NCBI GenBank assembly: GCA_044070495.1
Contig: JBIPSI010000014.1
Location: 83,541-147,540, forward strand
DNA from: Spirulina sp.
GTDB taxonomy: Bacteria; Cyanobacteriota; Cyanobacteriia; Phormidesmidales; Phormidesmidaceae
Direction: 5' to 3'
Length of the DNA: 64,000 bases
Shown here: in pieces, positions 31,146 to 40,782 of the stretch
Layout: every line of letters starts with the position of its first letter
How positions within the stretch are numbered: the first letter of the stretch is position 1
Translations under genes and position numbers: made by a program
Notes under the pieces: generated by a model
Databases searched by the model: none
The model's input: the letters and a program-made list of their open reading frames with translations, nothing else
Told to the model about the DNA's origin: nothing

Positions 31146-33041
31146 ATGGCGCGTACCCAAAAGCAATCACGGGTGACCCCCCAAAGCACCCGTTTTCCCC
31201 CCAAAGAGGAAACGGTTCCCGCCTGGAATCCGTCATCCTCTTCCATGGCCAACGCCGTTACGCCAGATCATCATCTCATTTTTAAGCAAGTGTCCAACCA
31301 ACTAAAACCCCTGCTCCAAAAGATCTACCCAGAAGACGTTGCTACCCGGTTGGCGACGGAAATTTTTGATCTGATTCAAGGTACCCTCTGCCCCTCTGGC
31401 AAGGAAAATCTAAAAAAATGGAACCACAATAATGTGCTGCTGATTACCTACGGCGACAGTGTCGTGGATAGTCAGCGCCCACCCCTCGCGGTGCTGGCAG
31501 AATTTTTAGAAAAGTACCTAGAGGGCACGGTCACAGGGGTACACATTCTACCCTTCTTCCCCTACAGTTCCGACGATGGCTTTGCGGTGATTGACTATCT
31601 CCAAGTCAACCCAGAATTGGGCGACTGGGAACAGGTGCAGCGGATTGCCCAACACTTTAATCTCATGGTGGACTTGGTGATTAACCATGTCTCTAGTCAG
31701 CACGAATGGTTTCAACAATTTAAGGCTGGGGAATTACCAGGGCGCAATTATTTTGTCACGGGCGACCCCAGTGAAGATCTTGCCCAGGTGGTACGGCCTC
31801 GCAGTTCGCCGTTGCTAACCCCCGTCGAAACAGCGGAGGGTGTGCGCCATGTGTGGACGACCTTCAGCGCCGACCAAGTGGATGTGGACTTTGAAAATCC
31901 CGATGTGCTGATCGAGTACGTCAAAATTATCGTGGCCTACGTGCAGGCCGGGGCGCGGTATATTCGCCTCGATGCGGTGGGTTTTTTGTGGAAAAAACGG
32001 GGCACCAACTGTATGCACCTGCCCGAAACCCACGCCATGGTGCGTCTGTTCCGCGAAATCCTGCAAATGATCGATCCCGGCATTGCCCTGATTACCGAAA
32101 CCAACGTCCCCAATCGGGAAAACCTCAGCTACTTCGGTAATCGCAATGAAGCCCACATGATCTACAACTTCAGCCTGCCGCCGCTGTTGTTGAATGCGCT
32201 GTTGCAGGGGCGTTCCGACCATCTAAAAACCTGGATGATGAGTATGCCCCCGGCCCCCATCGGCTGCGCCTACTTCAACTTCACTGCCTCCCACGACGGC
32301 ATTGGCATGAGGCCCGCCGAAGGATTACTCACCGAAGATGAGTACGAACAACTCATCGACACCATGCGAAACCACGGCGGCAAAATTAGTATGCGCACCC
32401 GCCCGGATGGCAGCCAATCCCCCTACGAAATCAACATTTCTTTGTTTGATGCCCTGAAGGGTACCGTCAAGGGCGAAGACCAATGGCAGGTCGAACGCTT
32501 TCTCTGTTCTCAAACCATTATGATGGCCCTAGAGGGGATCCCCGCCTTCTATATCCACAGCTTACTCGCCACCCACAACTACACAGAGGGGGTCGAAAAA
32601 ACAGGCCACAATCGCACTATTAACCGCTACAAGTGGGATCTAGAAACCCTAGAAACTGCCCTAGCCGATCCCACTACGCCCCACGCCAAGGTGCTAAAAG
32701 AACTCACCCGACTGATCAAAATTCGCCGCCAGCAAACCGCCTTCCACCCCAACGCCACCCAATACACCCTGCACCCGCTTAATCGCGCCCTATTTGCCTT
32801 TTGGCGACAAAGTCTCACCCGCGACCAAAGCATTTTCTCGGTGCACAACCTCAGCGACGAACCCCAGGAACTGCGCTTTAGCGACCTCAATCTCGTCAGC
32901 ACCGACGACTGGTTTGATCTAATCAGCGGCGACAAATTTGCCGATTTAGATATGGTCTACATTCTCAAACCCTATCAATCGGTGTGGATTACCAACAAGA
33001 TCAACGCTGCCCAAGATGAAACCATGCCAACGTTGTTGTAG
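31146..33041 (+). CDS. GH13 subfamily 18 sugar phosphorylase (sucrose / glucosylglycerate phosphorylase-like)
   Basis: LITYGD, HILPFFPYSSDDGF, DLVINH, IRLDAVGFLWK, ITETN, ASHDGIG, YEIN. Confidence 0.9.
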   Translation: MARTQKQSRVTPQSTRFPPKEETVPAWNPSSSSMANAVTPDHHLIFKQVSNQLKPLLQKIYPEDVATRLATEIFDLIQGTLCPSGKENLKKWNHNNVLLITYGDSVVDSQRPPLAVLAEFLEKYLEGTVTGVHILPFFPYSSDDGFAVIDYLQVNPELGDWEQVQRIAQHFNLMVDLVINHVSSQHEWFQQFKAGELPGRNYFVTGDPSEDLAQVVRPRSSPLLTPVETAEGVRHVWTTFSADQVDVDFENPDVLIEYVKIIVAYVQAGARYIRLDAVGFLWKKRGTNCMHLPETHAMVRLFREILQMIDPGIALITETNVPNRENLSYFGNRNEAHMIYNFSLPPLLLNALLQGRSDHLKTWMMSMPPAPIGCAYFNFTASHDGIGMRPAEGLLTEDEYEQLIDTMRNHGGKISMRTRPDGSQSPYEINISLFDALKGTVKGEDQWQVERFLCSQTIMMALEGIPAFYIHSLLATHNYTEGVEKTGHNRTINRYKWDLETLETALADPTTPHAKVLKELTRLIKIRRQQTAFHPNATQYTLHPLNRALFAFWRQSLTRDQSIFSVHNLSDEPQELRFSDLNLVSTDDWFDLISGDKFADLDMVYILKPYQSVWITNKINAAQDETMPTLL

Positions 33042-33066
33042 GGAGTGTAAAAGAGCATTTTTTTAG

Positions 33067-33088
33067 GGGTGGGCACTGCCCACCCTAC
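33067..33088. repeat. REP palindrome, second GTAG class; a second copy lies at 33705-33724
   Basis: gggtgggcactgcccaccctac and tagggtgggcactgcccacc. Confidence 0.7.
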
Positions 33089-33103
33089 AGGCTAATCGTT
33101 CAC

Positions 33104-33466
33104 CTACCTCGCTTTCTCTACAGCTAGCACTAGCGCAGCGCCGACCGCATAGGCCAGAATATCTTTCCAGTCAAAGGTGGTACCGAGGATAGTGGAGAGC
33201 ATCGGGTTGTCTTGCAGGCCCATGCGATCAACAAACCTGAGATATTGTAGACCTTCAATACAACAGGCGAAGACAAAGACAATCAGTATCGCTATGGCAG
33301 GACGAAGGGGCCAGAAGGCTTTGATAAAGCAGTAGATGAGGGGAATAACTAACACATCACCGACAAGGGGTCGAATGATGTTGTCGTCTATAAAAATCGC
33401 GATTAAGGTTTCAATGAGAAATAGAAAAATCGCGACATAGAAATATTTGACGTTAAATTTAATCAT
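33104..33466 (-). CDS. DUF2809 family membrane protein
   Basis: IRPLVGDVL, IEGLQY, ILGTTFDWKDILAY. Confidence 0.85.
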   Translation of the reverse strand: MIKFNVKYFYVAIFLFLIETLIAIFIDDNIIRPLVGDVLVIPLIYCFIKAFWPLRPAIAILIVFVFACCIEGLQYLRFVDRMGLQDNPMLSTILGTTFDWKDILAYAVGAALVLAVEKAR

Positions 33467-33502
33467 ATAGCGGATTTCACTCGGGTAAAGTACATTGCGA
33501 TG

Positions 33503-33570
33503 ATTCCCCCTGCCCCCCTTAAAAAGGGGGCATAGCATGAAACTTAGACAACTAGGTGCTAGGGGGATCT
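33503..33570. repeat. Partial dispersed hairpin element related to 38879-38992
   Basis: ccccctgccccccttaaaaaggggg...tagggggatct. Confidence 0.6.
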
Positions 33571-33892
33571 AGAACTCAGCAACGGTGTATCTCAAACTAT
33601 CGAGCACCGCTGTAGGTTCACAAGTAGGAATTTCCCGTTATATTAACAGCAGCGCAATGCCTCAATGTACTCTAACGTCGGGGGAAAGAGAAAGCAGGTA
33701 ATCCTAGGGTGGGCACTGCCCACCATTTTATCTTCAGCCACTTTACCTATCCTGTAAATCTTGGTACCGCTATCATCCTTACTTGATTGGGCCAAGTGAT
33801 AGGCATATTGCGGGTGCAACCAACTGACATAACTCCTGGATTATAAAAGTTTGGGTAAACTCCATGATATCGGTGGCTAACTCAGACTACAG

Positions 33893-34615
33893 ATGGCAGA
33901 ACAGAGATGTCTGACCTATCGCTATCCTGTCATGTCATTGCGAGAATTTAGCAACATTATCAAAGCGGCTACCCCTGAACAACGCCATAACCTAGGAGAA
34001 CTGACTGGCTCTAGTTTTGGTAGTGACCCTGATACCCTCTGCAACCACATTCGTTATCTTCGGGCGGGCAGTATTGGGCAACTCTTTTGGGATGAATCCT
34101 GGAAGCAGGTGGTTACAGATGTGGCCGATCACGTCGGTATTGACTGGCTTGCTCTGCTCGGTGGGCGACGGTGGAAACAGCTTGACACCTACGAAATTGA
34201 GAATGCGGTCGTTGCCAAGGTTTTTCAGGACATGGTTAACCAGCTATCGTCAGACCAACGGGAAAAGGTGGTTTTGGAGATGCAGCGCAACAGTGATGAT
34301 CCTAGATTGGAGGGGCTTCTGCTGACGGGGGGAGCCATAGCGGCGGCTAGGGCGAGTGGGTTTGGGGTGTATTTGATGGCGAGTACGGCCTTGGGTGGGC
34401 TAACCAGCGCCCTGGGCATTACCCTACCCTTTGCGGTGTATATGGGCATGAGCCAGGTGCTTGCCTTAGCCCTTGGCCCAGTGGGCTGGCTGGCATTGTT
34501 GGGAGGGTTGGCGTTCTCGCTGAACCAGCCCCACTGGCGGCGTCTTATACTGGCGGTGATGTATGTTTCAGTGCTTCGATATCGTCCTCCCCTAAGTGGA
34601 ACAGCAACAGTTTGA
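33893..34615 (+). CDS. YaaW/UPF0174-like conserved protein
   Basis: [14 protein letters not shown]...EIENAV and Gly/Ala-rich tail with LGPVGW. Confidence 0.6.
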   Translation: MAEQRCLTYRYPVMSLREFSNIIKAATPEQRHNLGELTGSSFGSDPDTLCNHIRYLRAGSIGQLFWDESWKQVVTDVADHVGIDWLALLGGRRWKQLDTYEIENAVVAKVFQDMVNQLSSDQREKVVLEMQRNSDDPRLEGLLLTGGAIAAARASGFGVYLMASTALGGLTSALGITLPFAVYMGMSQVLALALGPVGWLALLGGLAFSLNQPHWRRLILAVMYVSVLRYRPPLSGTATV

Positions 34616-34628
34616 GCCTCGGCATCCC

Positions 34629-35606
34629 ATGACAGAACCACTTCTTGATCGCCAACGGGTGATTGACCAAGGGCTGCGCCTAGGGTTTCACCAGGTGGGC
34701 ATTGTGGCGATAGACGAGATCCCTAGCGAGGCTGAGCAGGTAGCCACGGCGCACCTTCAGCACTGGCTGAACCAGGGGCATCAAGCGGCCATGGCCTGGA
34801 TGGATAACCCCAAACGGCAGGATGTTCGTCAGGTGTTGCCGGGGGTGCGGTCTATCATTTGCGTTGCCCTCAACTACTACACGCCCCATGCCCATTCTGA
34901 GGATCCGGCCCACGGCAAAATTTCTCGCTATGCCTGGGGGCGAGACTACCATCGGGTGTTGCACAAACGGCTAAAGACCTTTTCCGACTGGCTAGAGCAA
35001 GAAGCCCAGGCGGCGGGGCAGGCCATTCAAACCCGCTACTATGCCGACACTGGCCCGGTGCAGGATAAGGTTTGGGCGCAGCAGGCGGGGCTAGGCTGGA
35101 TCGCGAAAAACGGTAATGTGATCACCCGGCAGTATGGTTCCTGGGTGTTTTTGGGAGAGATTCTGACCACCCTCCCCCTAGAACCGGATCGACCCCACAC
35201 CAACCACTGCGGTACTTGTACCCGCTGCCTTGAGGCCTGCCCCACGGTCGCCATTCCCCAGCCCTACGTGGTGGACGCCAACCGCTGCATTGCTTACCAC
35301 ACCATCGAAAACCGAGCCGACACTCTACCGGAAACCATCGCCCCCCACATGCAGGGCTGGGTGGCTGGATGCGACATTTGCCAAGAGGTTTGCCCCTGGA
35401 ATATCCGCTTTGCCCAGCCGACGGATGTGGCCGAATTTCAGCCCTACCCCCACAACCTCGCGCCCAAGCTAGCCGATTTGGCCACCCTGACCGAGGCTGA
35501 TTGGGACGAACGCTTCCGAGCCTCGGCCCTGCGCCGGATTAAACCTGCCATGTGGCGGCGCAATGCCCAGGCCGCCCAGCGCCGCTCTGATTCTGCAATG
35601 CCTTAG
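34629..35606 (+). CDS. queG: tRNA epoxyqueuosine(34) reductase
   Basis: [49 protein letters not shown]. Confidence 0.96.
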   Translation: MTEPLLDRQRVIDQGLRLGFHQVGIVAIDEIPSEAEQVATAHLQHWLNQGHQAAMAWMDNPKRQDVRQVLPGVRSIICVALNYYTPHAHSEDPAHGKISRYAWGRDYHRVLHKRLKTFSDWLEQEAQAAGQAIQTRYYADTGPVQDKVWAQQAGLGWIAKNGNVITRQYGSWVFLGEILTTLPLEPDRPHTNHCGTCTRCLEACPTVAIPQPYVVDANRCIAYHTIENRADTLPETIAPHMQGWVAGCDICQEVCPWNIRFAQPTDVAEFQPYPHNLAPKLADLATLTEADWDERFRASALRRIKPAMWRRNAQAAQRRSDSAMP

Positions 35607-35738
35607 TTCCCCTAAGGTCCGTCCTTTAATTAGGCTAGCGCCACCATGCTTTCGCTTCACGGGGGAGAGCTATCTGCCTTAGCGGCCTGGAGAGCCTAGG
35701 GGGTGTTGGGGTTTCCTTGGCCCTTATCCAACCTGCCG

Positions 35739-36158
35739 CTAATCATTGGTTTCCCAGGGTTCTACGACGGTTTGAACGACGATTTCGGCGTTGAGGGTGG
35801 CGGCGACGGCGCAGTAGCGGGTGTGGGATAGTTCGGCGGAACGGGCGAGGGCGGCTTCGGTCACCTCTGGGCCAGCGCCATAGTGGGTGACGGTGATGTG
35901 GGTGAAGCGGCGGGGATGGCTGTCGGCCTGGGTTCCGGTGACTTCAATGCGGTAGCGGGCTAGGGGTTGTCGCTTTTTGGCCATGATGTCAATGACATCG
36001 TAGGCGGTGCAAGACCCCAGGGCCGCCAGCAACAGATCGGTGGGCTTAGGGCCAATGGCGGGTTGGTCGCCGTCAACGTGGATGCGGTCGCCAGCTTCGT
36101 TTTGCCCAATAAACCGATGGCCACAAATTTGATGGAGCACAATGGTTTTGGTTGTCAT
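35739..36158 (-). CDS. OsmC/YhfA family protein
   Basis: GPKPTDLLLAALGSCTAYDV...RYCAVAATL. Confidence 0.9.
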   Translation of the reverse strand: MTTKTIVLHQICGHRFIGQNEAGDRIHVDGDQPAIGPKPTDLLLAALGSCTAYDVIDIMAKKRQPLARYRIEVTGTQADSHPRRFTHITVTHYGAGPEVTEAALARSAELSHTRYCAVAATLNAEIVVQTVVEPWETND

Positions 36159-36203
36159 AGGAGTATTGGGGTGACGGGATGCGGATTGGTCACTATTCGC
36201 GAC

Positions 36204-36333
36204 CTGGTTGACTGACAAAAGATCCTGCGCCGGACGCGGAAACCGCGTCCCTACAGGATTTGGATAATGTAGGGGTCAGGTCTCCTGACCCTTTGGCGGA
36301 TTTGGGTTCTCGCAAGTTTTGTCAGTCAACCAG
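36204..36333. mobile_element. 130-bp MITE with perfect 17-bp TIRs and 9-bp target-site duplication
   Basis: ctggttgactgacaaaa ... ttttgtcagtcaaccag; attcgcgac at 36195-36203 and 36334-36342. Confidence 0.92.
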
Positions 36334-36413
36334 ATTCGCGACGGGGTCAGGGGCAGGTTGAGGCCCTAAGGTCTATGGGCCTTAGGTGTCCTCTACGGCA
36401 TTGACTTCTCTGC

Positions 36414-37022
36414 CTATTGCCAAACGTAGATCAGGATAAACAGCACAATCCAAATCACATCGACAAAGTGCCAGAACAGGGAAGTGGCAATCACCCCGAC
36501 TTCACCATCGTCGTAGTTGCCGGGGATGAAGGATCGGGCCAGCATGATCGCCTGGAGTAGGACGCCCGTCAAAACGTGGAGGCCGTGGAATCCGGTGAGC
36601 AGGTAGAAGGTGCCGCCATAGAGGCCGTCGGTGAAGCCGAAGGAAAGGCCCGACCATTCCACCGCTTGGCCGTAGAGGAAGTAGCTGCCCATGGCCATGG
36701 TGAGTAGCCAAAAGGCCCGGAAGCCCCAGAGGTTTTCTTTTTTTAGGTAGCGTTCAGCGATGTAGATCACGAAGCTGCTGGAGACCAGGATGATGGTGTT
36801 GATCAGCGGTTCGCGCACCTCCAGCCCTTCTACACCGGGGGGTAGCCAGTCGAGGGAACTGGTTTTGTAGACGGCGTAGCCCACAAAGAAACTCAGGAAA
36901 ATCACGCTTTCCGACAGCAGAAAGATGATGAACCCGACGAGGCGGTGTTCCCCTTCTTCGTGGTGGGCGGGGCTGGCTTCAGCGGCAGTGTTCACCGTGG
37001 AATCGAGGTTGATGGAACTCAT
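36414..37022 (-). CDS. ctaE: Heme-copper oxidase subunit III
   Basis: FLLSESVIF, LTGFHGLHV, FWHFVDVIW. Confidence 0.93.
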   Translation of the reverse strand: MSSINLDSTVNTAAEASPAHHEEGEHRLVGFIIFLLSESVIFLSFFVGYAVYKTSSLDWLPPGVEGLEVREPLINTIILVSSSFVIYIAERYLKKENLWGFRAFWLLTMAMGSYFLYGQAVEWSGLSFGFTDGLYGGTFYLLTGFHGLHVLTGVLLQAIMLARSFIPGNYDDGEVGVIATSLFWHFVDVIWIVLFILIYVWQ

Positions 37023-38714
37023 TTAGGCCACCTCCGTAGACGCGAGTTGCTGCAAGGCCGCCTGTTGGGCGGTGAGGGGTTCGTTTTTGCCATAGCCATA
37101 GGGTTCGGCGATGACGGTGGGGATTTCGTCGAAGTTTTCGTGGGGGGGCGGCGAGGCCACCATCCACTCTAGGCCAATGGCCCGCCAGGGGTTGGCGGAG
37201 GCTTTTTCCCCCTGCACCCAGGAGCTAATCATGTTCAGCAAAAAGGGCAGGGTGGAGACCCCCAGCAAGAAGCCGCCCAGGCTAGCCAGCACGTTCCAGA
37301 AGGCAAATTCTGGGTCGTAGGAGGCGACGCGGCGGGGCATCCCCATTAGGCCAGCGGGGTGCATGGGTAGAAAGTTGAGGTTGGTGCCGACAAAGGCGAG
37401 GACAAAGTGCAGTTTGCCCAGCCCTTCATAGTACATCCGCCCGGTCATTTTGGGGAACCAGTGGTAGAGGGCGGCAAACATCCCCATGGTCATGGATCCG
37501 TAGAGCACGTAGTGGAAGTGGCCCACCACAAAGTAGGTGTTGTTGACGTGGATATCCACCGGGGTGGAGGCCAGCATAATGCCCGTGATGCCTGCGAACA
37601 CAAACATGGTCATGCCGCCGAGGGCAAACAGCATGGCGGTGTTCAGCTTCAGCTTGCCGCCCCAGATCGTCGCCACCCAGGCAAACACCTTAATCCCTGT
37701 GGGCACGGAGATGGTCATGGTGGTGAACATGAACAGCATCCGCATCCAGCCCGGAGTGCCGCTGGCAAACATGTGGTGAACCCAGACGATGCCGCTGAGT
37801 CCGGTAATCACAAAGGACGAGATGGCCACAACATGGTAGCCAAACAGCGGTTTCCGGGCATAGACCGGGAAAAGCTCTGAAAATACCCCGAAAATCGGCA
37901 GCATAATCACATATACCGCCGGGTGGGAGTAGAACCAGAAGAAATGCTGATACAGCACTGGGTCGCCGCCCTTGGCTGGGTCAAAAAAGCTGGTGCCCAC
38001 CATCAGGTCAAACAGCAGCATCACCGCCCCCGCCGTCAGCGCTGGCAGGCCGAAAAGCTGGATGATCTGCGCCGCCATCACCGTCCAGCAGAACACGGGC
38101 ATTTTGAAGAAGGTCATCCCCGGTGCCCGCATCCGCACGATGGTGGTAACGATGTTGACCGCGCCCATAATCGACGACACCCCCGACAGCGCCACCGCCA
38201 CCAGCCATAGGGCTTGGCCGTTAATCAGGTTTCCGGTCGGGTTCTGCAAACTCACCGGAGGGTAAGCCCACCAGCCCGACTGGGAGGGGCCGCCCGGCAC
38301 CAAAAAGCTGGCCATCAAAATCACGCCAAAGATGGGCACCAGCCAAAAGGCCACCGCATTCAGACGAGGGAAGGCCATATCCCGCGCCCCAATTTGCAGG
38401 GGCACCAGGTAGTTGGCCAAGCCGTTCAACACCGGGAACGTCCACAGAAACAGCATCACCGTGCCGTGCATGGTGAACAGGGCGTTGTATACCGTGCGAT
38501 CCACCAGGTCGGCTTCGGGGGTGATCAGTTCCCCCCGCATCACCATGGCGAAAAAGCCCCCCACCAAAAAGAAGAAGAAGGCCACCACAATGTATTGAAT
38601 GCCAATCACCTTGTGGTCGGTGCTAAAGGTGAAAAAGCGCCACCAGTTTTCTGGCTCACCGGGGCTGGGTTCCTGGCGATCCGGGGCAAGGGCGTCTATG
38701 GAGATGTTCGTCAT
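37023..38714 (-). CDS. ctaD: Heme-copper oxidase subunit I
   Basis: TDHKVIG, TMHGT, WFYSHPAVY, WVHHM, HFHY. Confidence 0.96.
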   Translation of the reverse strand: MTNISIDALAPDRQEPSPGEPENWWRFFTFSTDHKVIGIQYIVVAFFFFLVGGFFAMVMRGELITPEADLVDRTVYNALFTMHGTVMLFLWTFPVLNGLANYLVPLQIGARDMAFPRLNAVAFWLVPIFGVILMASFLVPGGPSQSGWWAYPPVSLQNPTGNLINGQALWLVAVALSGVSSIMGAVNIVTTIVRMRAPGMTFFKMPVFCWTVMAAQIIQLFGLPALTAGAVMLLFDLMVGTSFFDPAKGGDPVLYQHFFWFYSHPAVYVIMLPIFGVFSELFPVYARKPLFGYHVVAISSFVITGLSGIVWVHHMFASGTPGWMRMLFMFTTMTISVPTGIKVFAWVATIWGGKLKLNTAMLFALGGMTMFVFAGITGIMLASTPVDIHVNNTYFVVGHFHYVLYGSMTMGMFAALYHWFPKMTGRMYYEGLGKLHFVLAFVGTNLNFLPMHPAGLMGMPRRVASYDPEFAFWNVLASLGGFLLGVSTLPFLLNMISSWVQGEKASANPWRAIGLEWMVASPPPHENFDEIPTVIAEPYGYGKNEPLTAQQAALQQLASTEVA

Positions 38715-38878
38715 TTAATAGATGTCCTTAGTTCAGGTGTCTTGCTGTTGATGGATTTATGTAAGCGTTGCTGTTAGGGGATTGTTTTGGGTTGTGGTTT
38801 TGCTTTTGTTTCTAGCCCCTTTCCGGTTTAAATCACCAATTGTAGATGGATGGATTCTGGCAAAGTTACTCTCGATTA

Positions 38879-38992
38879 ATCCCCCCTGGCCCCCCTTAAG
38901 AAGGGGGGAACTAGAGCCAAAGTCCCTCTTTCTAAGGGGGATTCGGATTTGGATTCAAAGTCCCCCTTTTTCAAGGGGGATTTAGGGGGATC
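38879..38992. repeat. Dispersed multi-hairpin element between ctaC and ctaD
   Basis: atcccccctggccccccttaagaagggggga...aaagtccccctttttcaagggggatttagggggatc. Confidence 0.75.
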
Positions 38993-39026
38993 CCCCAGGC
39001 ATTCCCGCATGGGAACAAGATGTGCA

Positions 39027-39932
39027 TCAAGACCCCACATAATTCACCATTGGGGCCGGGGCGGGGGGCACGGTCTTCCAGCCGGGACGATGATCGTCGC
39101 CGCCCGTGCGTTGGTATTCGTCGTAGGAGGGGTTGAGGCCCGGTTTGAGGGGAGATTTCGCCGCCGTAGAAAGCCATTGTTGGTAGGCGTCCGGCGATTC
39201 CACCACCACATCGGCCTGCATAGCGGCGAAGTAGGTGCCGCTGTATTGGGAATCCCGCAGACGGTACTTGCCCTCCAGGGTGGGGGTAAATTCAAAGTCA
39301 ATGTCTCGACCGGGGATGACATCCTGCTTCACCCGAAAGGCGGGGATGTAGAACCCGTGCAGCACATCTTCGGAGGTCAACGCCAGCTTGATGCGGCGAT
39401 CCTTGGGCAAGTGCAGTTCCGTACTGGTGACGTTGGCTTCGGGATAGTAGAACTCCCACACCCACTGACGAGCGTGAACCTCAATTTCCTCAGTCCCGTC
39501 CGCCATGGCCTGGGCCATCTCCATCGGTGCGGCAATCGCTTCCCCCATGCCCATGTGGATATGCTCCATTGGCCCCAGGATGGACATTTGGTCGTAGACC
39601 CGATAACTGGCGGCGGCAATCCAAATCACCAGCAGAACCGGAATCGCCGTCCACACCACCTCTAGGGTGAGGTTGCCCTCAATGGGGGGGCCATCGCTTT
39701 CGTCGTACTTGCCCGCCCGCTGAAACAGTGCCGAATAGGTGACGGTACCCACCACCCCACAAAAAATGAAGGTGCCAATGGCGGTCATCAGGCTAAACAG
39801 GCCATCCACCAGCACCGCTTCTGCCGAGGCTGGGGGCGGCAACCAGCTATAGGCCACCTGGCCCATCCACAGGCTAATGGCGGTGAGAATTCCGGCCACA
39901 GCGGCAAGTTTGAGAATTAGGCGAAGGTTCAT
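39027..39932 (-). CDS. ctaC: Heme-copper oxidase subunit II lacking CuA ligands (ARTO-type)
   Basis: LEVVWTAIP, QWVWEFYY, DVLHGF; the CxExCGxxHxxM motif reads DSQYSGTYFAAM. Confidence 0.92.
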   Translation of the reverse strand: MNLRLILKLAAVAGILTAISLWMGQVAYSWLPPPASAEAVLVDGLFSLMTAIGTFIFCGVVGTVTYSALFQRAGKYDESDGPPIEGNLTLEVVWTAIPVLLVIWIAAASYRVYDQMSILGPMEHIHMGMGEAIAAPMEMAQAMADGTEEIEVHARQWVWEFYYPEANVTSTELHLPKDRRIKLALTSEDVLHGFYIPAFRVKQDVIPGRDIDFEFTPTLEGKYRLRDSQYSGTYFAAMQADVVVESPDAYQQWLSTAAKSPLKPGLNPSYDEYQRTGGDDHRPGWKTVPPAPAPMVNYVGS

Positions 39933-39993
39933 AGGGGGAAGGGAAAAGGCAAAAGTAAAAAGGCAAAAAATACGGAAGGAGAGCGGTTGATGT

Positions 39994-40083
39994 AGATTCC
40001 AGGGTTCTTAGGGATTAGATCCCAGGGTTCTTATGCCATTAACGAAGGATTTTGGTTCATCCCAAGTCAGAACCCTGGGATCT
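39994..40083. repeat. Cluster of AGATCCCAGGGTTCT repeats (two direct, one inverted)
   Basis: agattccagggttct, agatcccagggttct, agaaccctgggatct. Confidence 0.7.
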
Positions 40084-40088
40084 GTCAG

Positions 40089-40283
40089 CTAGGCGGGATG
40101 GATTGTTTGTCGTAGATCAGATTTTGCGCGATTCCGTTTCGGAGACAGACAAACAACTTCTCGACCTCCCTCCGCTTGTTTTTTCTGCCAATCGGCAAAC
40201 ATGGCATCTAAATCATAGTTAAAAGATTTAGCATGTTCTTCGCGAATCTCATGGATTTTGTCAAGAATCTCATCTTGCATCAT
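40089..40283 (-). CDS. Small partner (putative antitoxin) of the PIN gene
   Basis: DEILDKIHEIREEHAKSFNYDLDAMFAD, immediately downstream of the PIN gene. Confidence 0.7.
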   Translation of the reverse strand: MMQDEILDKIHEIREEHAKSFNYDLDAMFADWQKKQAEGGREVVCLSPKRNRAKSDLRQTIHPA

Positions 40284-40286
40284 GGC

Positions 40287-40760
40287 TCAATCTCCTAATA
40301 ACTCGTAGGGCGTACAAATCACGGGTAGCTGATATCCAAAGTCAAGGCTAACCTCTTCAAGCTTTCTTTGAATTTTTGCGTTAGCAATGTGCTTACAATT
40401 CCAAGTTAGCAGGTAATCTAAGCCATGGACGGTAGCGGCTGCGATGTGTACGGCATCATCAGAAGCTTTGGGAGGAAGATTGCTTCGTTCGAGAAATTGT
40501 CCCGCCAGATTCTTGACAGACTGATTAAGTTCTACCAAGGGGACACCATTAAGTATTTCGATCCGTTTTGGTGCAATCTCCTGATCTCCTCGTCCTACCT
40601 CATCTAGAACAACTTGTGAAATATAAAGTGAAAACGTGTGTCTATATTGATCCCACCACTCTTTCGTCACCTCGATATTGGCTGCCAAAATTAGATTTCT
40701 GGTTGATCTGGCCGTTAGATATCCCAAGATGCTGGTTTCGATATAGACGGTTTCACTCAT
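40287..40760 (-). CDS. PIN-domain (VapC-like) protein
   Basis: VYIETSILGYL, DAVHIAAA, DYLLTWNCKHIAN, PVICTPYEL. Confidence 0.88.
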   Translation of the reverse strand: MSETVYIETSILGYLTARSTRNLILAANIEVTKEWWDQYRHTFSLYISQVVLDEVGRGDQEIAPKRIEILNGVPLVELNQSVKNLAGQFLERSNLPPKASDDAVHIAAATVHGLDYLLTWNCKHIANAKIQRKLEEVSLDFGYQLPVICTPYELLGD

Positions 40761-40782
40761 TATTTCATCGATCACTCAGTAG

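Noticed and set aside
35739..36218. OsmC start at 36218
   Set aside because: That codon lies within the MITE TIR; ATG 36158 is preferred.
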